Shown: positions 9,137 through 16,987 of the stretch, piece by piece | Layout of the letters: each line of letters begins with the position of its first letter | Numbering within the stretch: the stretch's first letter is position 1 | Assembly (NCBI GenBank): GCA_963804105.1 | Contig: CAWDPL010000018.1 | Location: forward strand, 3,508-67,507 | DNA length: 64,000 nucleotides | Direction: 5' to 3' | From: an uncultured Alphaproteobacteria bacterium | Lineage (GTDB): Bacteria; Pseudomonadota; Alphaproteobacteria; Caulobacterales; Caulobacteraceae | Notes under the pieces: generated by a model | The model's input: the letters and a program-made list of their open reading frames with translations, nothing else | What the model was told of the DNA's origin: nothing | The model's database searches: none | Translations under genes and position numbers: made by a program

Positions 9137-10167
9137 CCCGAACCGAACAAACCTCCGAGCCCGCCGCCGGCAATAAGGCCCGCGTCGGCGCTATCGTCGC
9201 CGGCCTGATCGGCCTGTCCGTCGCCACGGCCGTGGTCGGCTATTTCAACTTCGGCGCGGTCCTGGCCGCCATCCGCCCGATCGGCGTGAGCGGCTTTCTG
9301 ATCGTCATCGCAGCCCAGGTGGCGCTGTTCGTCCCGCTCGGCCTAGCCTGGCAGATGGCCGGCACGCCCAAGGCGGGACCCTCCTTCGTCTTCATGTGGG
9401 GCCGGCTGATGCGCGAGGCGGCGTCCGACGTGCTGCCGTTTTCACAGTTGGGCGGCCTGGTCATCGCCGGGCGCGTGGCGGTGCTGGGCGGGGTGGCGGC
9501 GGGCGAGGCCTTCGCCTCCAGCGTGATCGACATCACCGTCGAGATCGCCGCCCAGCTGATCTACACCCTGGTCGGCATCGCCCTATTGGCCCGGCGCCTC
9601 GGCGAGGGCCATCGAAGCGGCCCTCTGATGTGGTCGCTGCTGGCGGGACTGATTCTGGGCGGCATGGTCGTCGTGGGCATGGTGACGACGCAGAAGAAGG
9701 GCGTGGGCCTGTTCGAACAGGTGCTGCGCAAGGTGGCGCCCGGCGCCGCCGGCCACGCCCAGAGCGCTCACGAAGCCTTTCAGGCCGCCTACGCCCAGCG
9801 CGGACGCCTGTTTATCAGCCTGCTTCTGCATCTTGTCGGCTGGTTCGGCGGGGCTTTCGGCACCTGGCTGATCCTGGGCTTCATCCACCGCCCCCTGCCC
9901 TACTCGTCGGTGGTGGCCATCGAGAGCGTGCTGTTCGCCATCCGCAACGCGGCCTTCATCGTGCCCAGCGGCCTGGGCGTGCAGGAAGGCGCCTACGCCC
10001 TTTTGGGGCCCCTGTTCGGCATTCCCGTGGAGGCGGCCCTGGCCCTGTCCCTGCTCAAACGCGCGCGCGACATCGCCATCGGCGTGCCGGTGCTCTTGAG
10101 CTGGCAGTTGCTGGAAAGCCGGCGCCTGCACGCCAAGCTGAAGACCGGCGCGCAGGACGCCAGTTAG
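9133..10167 (+). CDS. hpnL: HpnL-like membrane protein (lysylphosphatidylglycerol-synthase TM-region family)
   Basis: Its ATG overlaps the hpnI stop (ATGA at 9133-9136). It is a polytopic protein: MTRTEQTSEPAAGNKARVGAIVAGLIGLSVATAVVGYFNFGAVLAAIRPIG...LSLLKRARDIAIGVPVLLSW. Confidence 0.6.
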   Translation: MTRTEQTSEPAAGNKARVGAIVAGLIGLSVATAVVGYFNFGAVLAAIRPIGVSGFLIVIAAQVALFVPLGLAWQMAGTPKAGPSFVFMWGRLMREAASDVLPFSQLGGLVIAGRVAVLGGVAAGEAFASSVIDITVEIAAQLIYTLVGIALLARRLGEGHRSGPLMWSLLAGLILGGMVVVGMVTTQKKGVGLFEQVLRKVAPGAAGHAQSAHEAFQAAYAQRGRLFISLLLHLVGWFGGAFGTWLILGFIHRPLPYSSVVAIESVLFAIRNAAFIVPSGLGVQEGAYALLGPLFGIPVEAALALSLLKRARDIAIGVPVLLSWQLLESRRLHAKLKTGAQDAS

Positions 10168-10211
10168 GGCGTGACAGGCGAAACTGGTCCGATTTCGCCG
10201 ACAGTCTTGCT

Positions 10212-11432
10212 CTAAACGAAGTTGGTCTTGACCGTCGTCCGGTTGATGTCCGACAGCTTGACGCATCCGGCGGCGGAGGCCACCTGGACGAGTTCCTGCT
10301 GCATGATCTCGATCAGCCGCTGCGCGCCGGCGGTTCCAAAGGCGCCAAGGCCCCACCGCGCCGTCCGTCCGAGCATGACCCCGTTGGCCCCCAGGGCGAG
10401 CGCCTTGAAGATGTCGCCGCCGCGACGCACGCCGCTGTCGAACAGGACGGGAATCCGGCCGTTCACGGCCGCCACGATGTCCGGCAGGACCTCCAGCGTC
10501 GAGGGACCGTAGTCCATCGAGCGCCCGCCGTGATTGGACACGATGATCGCGTCCGCTCCGTGCTCGATCGCCAGCTTGGCGTCTTGCGGATCGAGAATCC
10601 CTTTGAGCAGAAGCGGACCTTTGACCATTTTCCGCACGTCATCGATATATTGCCACGTGTACCACAGGCGCTCGGCGCCGATCCGGTACCGCGCCGAACC
10701 GGTAGGCGCGGCCGTTGGAGCGGCTGGGGCGCCTGTACGAGCCACGCGCCCGCCCAAATGACGGTCCTGCTGCGAGCGTTCGTAATAGGACGCTTGCTGA
10801 TCGATGGTGACGATAATGGCGTTGCAGCCGGCGCCCTGCAGGGCATCCAACGATCGCTGCGTGGCGGCGCGATCCTCCAGCGGATAAAACTGCGCCCACA
10901 GCACGCCGCCCGGCGAAGCCGGCGCGACCTGGGTGACCGACATGCTGCTGTTGATGCTCAGCATCATCAGGGTGTTGGATGCCGCGGTCGCCGCCTTGAA
11001 CATCCCGATCTCGCCGTCCGGATGCAGGGCCCGCATCGTCGCCGACGGCGCGATGATGATGGGGAATTTCATCTTCACGCCAAGCAATTCGGAGGAGAGG
11101 TCGACCTGCGATGGCGGGACGGCTGGGCGTGTAGGCGTAATGTCGACCCAATCGAACGCCTGGCGATTGCGCCGAAGGGTGAACTCCGACCCGTCGCCGT
11201 GCGCGGTGTAATCATAGACCGGCAGGAGCACATTGCCGAAGAAGACCGGCTCGAAGTCAAAGGACGTCTGCATCTCCGCCAGGCTCAAGGCGCGGTGATG
11301 CTCGCTGAAGGGCCGAGGGTCGCTCTGCGCCATGGCCGCGGCGATGGGAGAACCCGCCATCAGTCCAGCCAAGCGGGCCAAGGCCTTTCGCCGGGCCGGA
11401 TTCGTTAGCCAGGAACGCTCGATATCAGCCAT
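10212..11432 (-). CDS. FMN-dependent alpha-hydroxy-acid dehydrogenase/oxidase family protein with Tat-type signal peptide
   Basis: The N-terminus MADIERSWLTNPARRKALARLAGLMAGSPIAAAMAQS contains RR followed by a hydrophobic stretch and AxA. The canonical core is present: LLLKGILDPQDAKLAIEHGADAIIVSNHGGRSMDYGPSTLEVLPDI...PVLFDSGVRRGGDIFKALALGANGVMLGR. Confidence 0.75.
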   Translation of the reverse strand: MADIERSWLTNPARRKALARLAGLMAGSPIAAAMAQSDPRPFSEHHRALSLAEMQTSFDFEPVFFGNVLLPVYDYTAHGDGSEFTLRRNRQAFDWVDITPTRPAVPPSQVDLSSELLGVKMKFPIIIAPSATMRALHPDGEIGMFKAATAASNTLMMLSINSSMSVTQVAPASPGGVLWAQFYPLEDRAATQRSLDALQGAGCNAIIVTIDQQASYYERSQQDRHLGGRVARTGAPAAPTAAPTGSARYRIGAERLWYTWQYIDDVRKMVKGPLLLKGILDPQDAKLAIEHGADAIIVSNHGGRSMDYGPSTLEVLPDIVAAVNGRIPVLFDSGVRRGGDIFKALALGANGVMLGRTARWGLGAFGTAGAQRLIEIMQQELVQVASAAGCVKLSDINRTTVKTNFV

Positions 11433-12567
11433 GGGTGTTGCTCCCCGTGAGAAGCGGCGCGTGAACACGCACCACGCTGGGGTCGAGCGCCGCGAGCGAT
11501 GGACGCCCGCACATGCACATGTATCGCGCCAGTTCGGTCTGCAGCATTTCGACAACGCCCTGCACGCCGTCGGCGCCATACGCCGCAAGCCCCCACATCA
11601 CGGGCCGGCCGATCAGCACGCCCTTTGCGCCCAGGCCGAGGGCCTTGAGAATGTCAGTGCCGCGGCGGAAACTGCCGTCGACGAGCACGGGGACCTGATC
11701 GCCGACCGCCTGAACGACCGGGGCGACGAGGAGCAGCGTGCCCGGCAGGGTCTCCGCGTGACCGCCCCGATAGTTGGAGACCACCACGCCCTTGGCGCCG
11801 CGAGCGACGGCTTCCTTGGCCTCTTGCGGACGCGTGACGCCCTTGACGATCACGGGCAGGGACGTGTGCTTGACGACGGCGTCGACGGCCGCCCAATCGA
11901 TCCGCGCCGAGGCCGGCGTCGCGGGCGCGCCGGCGGACCCGCCGGCGTTGACCGTCACGATCACCGCCTTGGCGTGGATCGCATGCGCCTCGGCCAGCAC
12001 GTCCTTCACCTTGGGACTGTTCGCATAGACCTGCAGCCACAGCGGAGTCGTGGCGGCCTGGGCGATCGCCGCCAGGGGCAAGCTGGCGTCGCTGCTCACC
12101 ACCATCGCCGCCTTCGCCGCGGATGCCCCGCGCGCCGTGGCGACCTCGCCCTCGGGGTGGAAGCGCGTCTGATCGGCCATCGGGCCGACGATGATCGGCG
12201 TGAAGTGCTCATCGCCGAACAAGGTGCTCGTCAGGTCCAGATCCCGCGTGGGTACGTTCATCCGAGGACGCAGGGTGATGCGATCGGTGATGGTCCGGTC
12301 GCTGCCCAAAATCGGGGCGACCTCCGCCGGTCCCAACACCAGACGGGCTTGAGGTTCGTACTCGAGCACATCCACCAGGTCCGCTCGCGGCGCCAAGACC
12401 GGCGGCGGTATCGGCTCGCGAAGCGGCGTCGCGCCATGCGCAGGCGTGGTCGCGGCCGCCATGCCGGCGGAGACAGTCGTGGCCATCACCCCGATAACCT
12501 GGCGGCGCGACGTCATCCCTGCAGGTGAGCCGGTCTTTTCGGCCGTAATCGTCTCGTCATCCGGCAT
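11425..12567 (-). CDS. divergent FMN-dependent alpha-hydroxy-acid dehydrogenase paralog with Tat-type signal peptide
   Basis: MPDDETITAEKTGSPAGMTSRRQVIGVMATTVSAGMAAATTPAHG. The core VIVKGVTRPQEAKEAVARGAKGVVVSNYRGGHAETLPGT...VLVDGSFRRGTDILKALGLGAKGVLIGR has SNYRGGH where the neighbouring paralog has SNHGGR. It overlaps the downstream paralog by 8 nt. Confidence 0.65.
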   Translation of the reverse strand: MPDDETITAEKTGSPAGMTSRRQVIGVMATTVSAGMAAATTPAHGATPLREPIPPPVLAPRADLVDVLEYEPQARLVLGPAEVAPILGSDRTITDRITLRPRMNVPTRDLDLTSTLFGDEHFTPIIVGPMADQTRFHPEGEVATARGASAAKAAMVVSSDASLPLAAIAQAATTPLWLQVYANSPKVKDVLAEAHAIHAKAVIVTVNAGGSAGAPATPASARIDWAAVDAVVKHTSLPVIVKGVTRPQEAKEAVARGAKGVVVSNYRGGHAETLPGTLLLVAPVVQAVGDQVPVLVDGSFRRGTDILKALGLGAKGVLIGRPVMWGLAAYGADGVQGVVEMLQTELARYMCMCGRPSLAALDPSVVRVHAPLLTGSNTHG

Positions 12568-12750
12568 TACCGTCTCCCCCGTTGATCGCCTGCAGAACTC
12601 TCGCAGCGCACGCCTATGCGCGCGGCAGGCCGGTGAAGCGGCCACTGTGCAGACTGGCGCTCATGTTGCACAGGGGGATTGTCAGTCCAACATGCGCCAT
12701 CAGGTAATCGGCGGGGCGTGAGGCGCCGGCCGCGCCGCGCGCTACGAGCG

Positions 12751-15219
12751 CTAGTTCTTGAACCGCACGGTCACACCGAAGGTGCGCGGCGCCGCCAGGA
12801 AGGCGTTGTAGGTGCGGATCGAGGCGGGATCGGTCTGGGCGCCCTGCAGCGGCGCATTGAACGCCAGGTCCACGATGGTGACGTTGGTCAGGTTCTCGGC
12901 CCAGGCCTCGACTGTCCAGCCGCGCTGTGGATCGCCCACGCCCAGGCGGGCGTTGAGGACGGTGTAGGCGTCCTGGATCTTTTGCGGGGCCAGGTCAGAG
13001 CCGGTGTTGTAGGCGGAATTGTACTTGGCCGCGAGATTGGCGCGGGCGACCAGCCCGCCGCCCAGCGGCGTCTGGTAATCGCCCGCGAAGGTGGACGACC
13101 ACAGGGGCGCGTAAGAGATCGTCGCGCCGGGCAGCAGCGACAGGCCGGCGAAATCCTGCGGATTGGTCAACTGGGCGGCAGTGAATTGGCCGTAGTGGGT
13201 CTGGTCGTAGGTCGCCCCGCCGTCCAGTCTGAGGCCCGTCACCGGCGTCTGCCAGTCGAAGTCCGCGTCCACGCCGGTGGAGTTCACCTGCGGGATGGAT
13301 TCCACGATGAAGCTGGTGCCCAGGAAGGTGTTGAGCTGGAAGTTATGGTAGGTCTGATCGAACAGGGCAGCGTTCAGCGTCACCGTCCGGCCCAGCCACT
13401 GGGATTTGACGCCGACTTCATAGGCGTCGACCGTCTCGGGGGCGAAATAGGTCGAGTTGTTGATGATCAGGGAGGCCGAGGTCGGCGTGAACGACAGGCT
13501 CGACGCGGCTCGGTCAAAATTGAATCCGCCGGCCTTGTAACCGCGCGAATAGGACGCGTAGCTCATCAAATCCTGGGTCCAGCGGTAGTTGGTCCCGGCC
13601 GTGCCCGACCAGGCCCGCTCCGAAGAGGTCTGCGCGCCGCTGCGGGCGTCGAAGGCCTGGGCTTCCCACGGCAGGCACATGGCGCCGGTGATCGCCTGAG
13701 CCGTCGGCGCCCCCACCACCCCCGCCAGGGCCGGATAGGCCGCCAGGCCCTGGTTGCAGGAGCCGCCGGTGGTGGAGAAGGTGGAATTGAGCTTCTTTTC
13801 GTCGTCGGTGTAGCGCACGCCCACGGTGACATCCCAGGCGTCGGTCAGGGCCAGGGTGTCGTTGGTGAACAGGGCGATGGTCGTGTCGGTCTGCTTGAAG
13901 CTGTCGTTCTGCCCCGTGCCCGGCAGGAAGGTGTTGGACGGCAACAGGCCGATCAGGCCCGGCGCGCCGCCCGTCACCTTACCGGCCAGGAACGAGTAGT
14001 AGTCGGTCCCATAGAGCAGGGGCGAGGCGCCGTTGTAGGTCTCCGAATCCAGGAACAGGCCCCCCAACCAGCTGACGCGGTCGACCTTGCCGGCCAGACG
14101 CGCTTCCTCGGTCAGGGTGTCGAACCGGTCGGTGTATTGGCCGGCGGGCCGATAGAACAGGTCCGCCGCGCTGAAGTCCCAGTCGCCGCCGCGTCGGGAG
14201 TCCCAGTCGCGCCAGGCGCTGATGGAGGTGAAGTCGGCAAATCCGAGCTTGGCGTCCACCTGGGCGGAAATCCCGCCGTCGGTGGTGTGGTCCAGGTCGT
14301 CACGGTTGGCGTAGGTCACCCGGCTGTCGGGCGAAGGCGTGAGGGTCTCGGCGGCGGGCTGGACCTGGGTAAGCAGGGCCGCGCGCGAGGCGGGCGAGCC
14401 GCCTTCCCACACCTGCACCGCCTCGCAGCAATGCTGGCGCAGATCGGCGTAGTCGGCGATCAGGCGCACGCGCAGCTGATCGGTGGGCGTGTAGAGCAGT
14501 TGGCCGCGCGCGGTCCAGTCGTTTTGGTCGTCGTCATGCAGGTCCGTGCGCGGACCGGCGGCCGTGACCACCGTGTTGTAGCCGGCGTGGCCCTCGCCGC
14601 CGATGTAAAGGCGTCCGGCAAGCTGGTCGGCCACCAGCGGTCCGGTGACCGAACCCTTCACGCCCCAGCCGTCATAGTTGCCCGCGGTGGCCTCGACGGA
14701 ATAGCCGGGCTTGAACGACGGCTGGGCGGTCAGGACGTTGATCACGCCCGCCGAGGTGCTCTTGCCGAACAAGGTCCCCTGCGGGCCCTTCAGGACCTCG
14801 ATCCGGTCCAGTTCGCCCAGGTCCTCGAAGCCCACGCCGTTGCGCGGGCGATAGACTCCGTCGATCACCACGCCGACGGAGGACTCCAGGCCCGGGTTGT
14901 CGCCCACCGTGCCGATGCCGCGGATACGAGCGGTGGTCGAGGCCTCGCTGGTGCTGGAGGTTACAGTCAGGCCGGACATCAGGATTTGCAGGGATTTGAT
15001 GTCCACCACGCCCGCCTGGGCCGCGCGGACCGCCGTCACGGCCGACACGTCCACCGGCACGATTTGCAGGTTCTGTTCGCGCTTTTGGGCGGTGACGATC
15101 ACCTCGTCGGAGGGGGCGGCCGCAGCCTGCGCGCACGCCTGAGACGCCGCGATCATGCCGAGCGACAAGGCCGTGGCGCCGCTCAGGGCGCGAAGCAGAT
15201 CACGCGGAAAATTAGCCAT
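12751..15219 (-). CDS. TonB-dependent receptor
   Basis: Intact 822-aa ORF. It has a signal peptide (ALSLGMIAASQACAQA) and plug motifs (VIVTAQKREQNLQIVPVDVSAV, IEVLKGPQGTLFGKSTSAGVINV). A long beta-barrel ends FGVTVRFKN*. Confidence 0.85.
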   Translation of the reverse strand: MANFPRDLLRALSGATALSLGMIAASQACAQAAAAPSDEVIVTAQKREQNLQIVPVDVSAVTAVRAAQAGVVDIKSLQILMSGLTVTSSTSEASTTARIRGIGTVGDNPGLESSVGVVIDGVYRPRNGVGFEDLGELDRIEVLKGPQGTLFGKSTSAGVINVLTAQPSFKPGYSVEATAGNYDGWGVKGSVTGPLVADQLAGRLYIGGEGHAGYNTVVTAAGPRTDLHDDDQNDWTARGQLLYTPTDQLRVRLIADYADLRQHCCEAVQVWEGGSPASRAALLTQVQPAAETLTPSPDSRVTYANRDDLDHTTDGGISAQVDAKLGFADFTSISAWRDWDSRRGGDWDFSAADLFYRPAGQYTDRFDTLTEEARLAGKVDRVSWLGGLFLDSETYNGASPLLYGTDYYSFLAGKVTGGAPGLIGLLPSNTFLPGTGQNDSFKQTDTTIALFTNDTLALTDAWDVTVGVRYTDDEKKLNSTFSTTGGSCNQGLAAYPALAGVVGAPTAQAITGAMCLPWEAQAFDARSGAQTSSERAWSGTAGTNYRWTQDLMSYASYSRGYKAGGFNFDRAASSLSFTPTSASLIINNSTYFAPETVDAYEVGVKSQWLGRTVTLNAALFDQTYHNFQLNTFLGTSFIVESIPQVNSTGVDADFDWQTPVTGLRLDGGATYDQTHYGQFTAAQLTNPQDFAGLSLLPGATISYAPLWSSTFAGDYQTPLGGGLVARANLAAKYNSAYNTGSDLAPQKIQDAYTVLNARLGVGDPQRGWTVEAWAENLTNVTIVDLAFNAPLQGAQTDPASIRTYNAFLAAPRTFGVTVRFKN

Positions 15220-15510
15220 AGTGAACAGTCCTCCCAGGCCCCCGGCAAGGTGAGTCTAGCCCGCAAATTACGAATAGAGAGATAATGGGCGGCGATGGCG
15301 GCTGTCGGAAGAATTTCATGCTTAAATTTAGACCCAATATCCGGGATCAAGGACAAAGCCACTCCGTTCGCTGTCGCAGCAATTTCGGATATGACAGGTG
15401 TTGCTTGAGTCTGGCGCTCGAATTTCCTGGCCATTGGTATAGGTCCTCGGCCAAGCTCTCCCAGGACGTTCGGCTGGCCTCGCGCGCCGCGTCGCGCTAG
15501 AGCCCGAGCC

Positions 15511-16603
15511 ATGAAGATCGACGGCGTTCCCTATCGCACCATCTGGCGCACCGCCGACCGGCGCGCGGTCGAGGTGATCGACCAGACCGCCCTGCCCCAC
15601 GCCTTCCGCACCCAGGTTCTGGCCGACGCCGACCAGGCTCGGGCGGCCATCGCCGACATGATCGTGCGCGGCGCCCCCTTGATCGGCGCCACCGGCGCCT
15701 ATGGCATGGCGCTGGCGGCGCAGGTCGACGCCTCCGACGCGGCGGTGGAGCGCGCCGCCTTGCTGTTAGCCCAAGCGCGGCCGACCGCGATCAATCTGCG
15801 CTGGGCGGTGGAGCGGGCCAAGGCCGCGATTCTCGCCGCCGCGCCCGCCGATCGCGCCCGGGCGGCCTGGGCCGAGGCCGACGCCATCGCCGAGGAAGAC
15901 GTCGCCGCCTGCATGGCCATCGGGCGGCATGGACTGGCCCTGATCCAGCGGGCCGCCATAGGGCGCGCGCGGGTCAACATCCTGACCCACTGCAACGCCG
16001 GATGGCTGGCGACGGTGGACTGGGGCACGGCTTTGGCGCCGGTCTACGCCGCCCACGACGCGGGGATCGCCGTGCACGTGTGGGTCGACGAGACCCGGCC
16101 GCGCGGCCAGGGCGCGGCGCTGACGGCATGGGAGCTGGCCGGGCACGGCGTGCCGCACACGGTGATCGCCGACAACGCCGGCGGCCATCTGATGCAGCAC
16201 GGCCTAGGTGGACCTGTGCATCGTCGGCTCCGACCGCGTGGCGGCCAACGGCGATGTCTGCAACAAGATCGGCACCTATCTGAAGGCCCTGGCCGCCCAC
16301 GACAACGGCGTGCCCTTCTACGCCGCCCTGCCCTTCTCAACCATCGACTGGAGCGTGGCGCGCGGCGCCGACATTCCCATCGAGGAGCGGGACGCCCGGG
16401 AGGTGACCCATCAGACCGGGATCGACACGGACGGGGCTCTGCGCACGGTGCGCCTGACCCCCGAGGCCAGCCCCGCCGCCAATCCCGCCTTCGACGTCAC
16501 CCCTGCCCGCCTGATCAGCGCCATCATCACCGAACGCGGCGTATGCGCGGCGAGCGCGGAGGGTCTGCGAGGGCTGTATCCGGAGACGGCGAGCGTCCGC
16601 TAG
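15511..16603 (+). pseudogene. mtnA: S-methyl-5-thioribose-1-phosphate isomerase MtnA, one frameshift near 16205
   Basis: MKIDGVPYRTIWRTADRRAVEVIDQTALPH...IVRGAPLIGATGAYGMALA...RPTAINLRWAV...NILTHCNAGWLATVDWGTALAPVY...VWVDETRPRGQGAALTAWEL, then in the next frame [42 protein letters not shown]...[18 protein letters not shown]. Confidence 0.85.
16500..16591. repeat. left copy of a 92-bp direct repeat (inside the mtnA 3' end)
   Basis: cccctgcccgcctgatcagcgccatcatcaccgaacgcggcgtatgcgcggcGagcgcggagggtctgcgagggctgtatccggagacggcg recurs at 25621-25712 with one mismatch (G/A). About 12 nt of degenerate similarity follow. Confidence 0.95.
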
Positions 16604-16987
16604 CGGGCAAGGTCTGACGCTTAAATCTCGGCGGTTTGCTGAAGATGCTGTCGGTGGAAGGTCAGGTTTCGGGCCAGGCGCCAAAGAGGATGGTCGACCC
16701 TCTGCGGCGGTTGGGAAGGTCCGCTCCCCGGCTCCGGCGGCTGGAAACCGCGTCCCACCGGCGGCTAAGCCAACTCTCGAAACTTTGTCTCAGCACAGGA
16801 ATGTCGATCATGATGCGAAATACTCCGAACGAACGCCGCCGGGCTGCGTTTATGGTCTGGGCGACAGCTGCGCCTCTACGGCGCTGTGCGTTCCGCCCTC
16901 ACCACGGTCTCAATGAGTGGCGTTAGCCAACGCTTCCAAAATGCAGGGAGGAAACGCCGTTCATTCGACCGCTTAGGAAAGATTCCT

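Noticed and set aside
10177-10199. A hairpin, ggcgaaa-N9-tttcgcc, between the convergent hpnL and flavoenzyme genes, considered as a bidirectional terminator.
   Set aside because: The stem is only 7 bp, the loop is 9 nt, and there is no flanking T/A tract on either strand. That is too weak to call an intrinsic terminator from sequence alone.
15220-15510. A possible riboswitch, leader or small ORF in the lower-GC 290-nt gap between the TonB-dependent receptor and mtnA, including ORF 15183-15512 (-).
   Set aside because: I read both strands for cobalamin (B12 box), TPP (ctgaga ... acctgatctggataatgccagcg-type) and SAM-II-like cores and saw none. The 109-aa ORF overlaps the receptor start in another frame and has no recognisable features. 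The gap is most simply a divergent promoter region, but a covariance-model scan (Rfam/Infernal) would be the decisive test.
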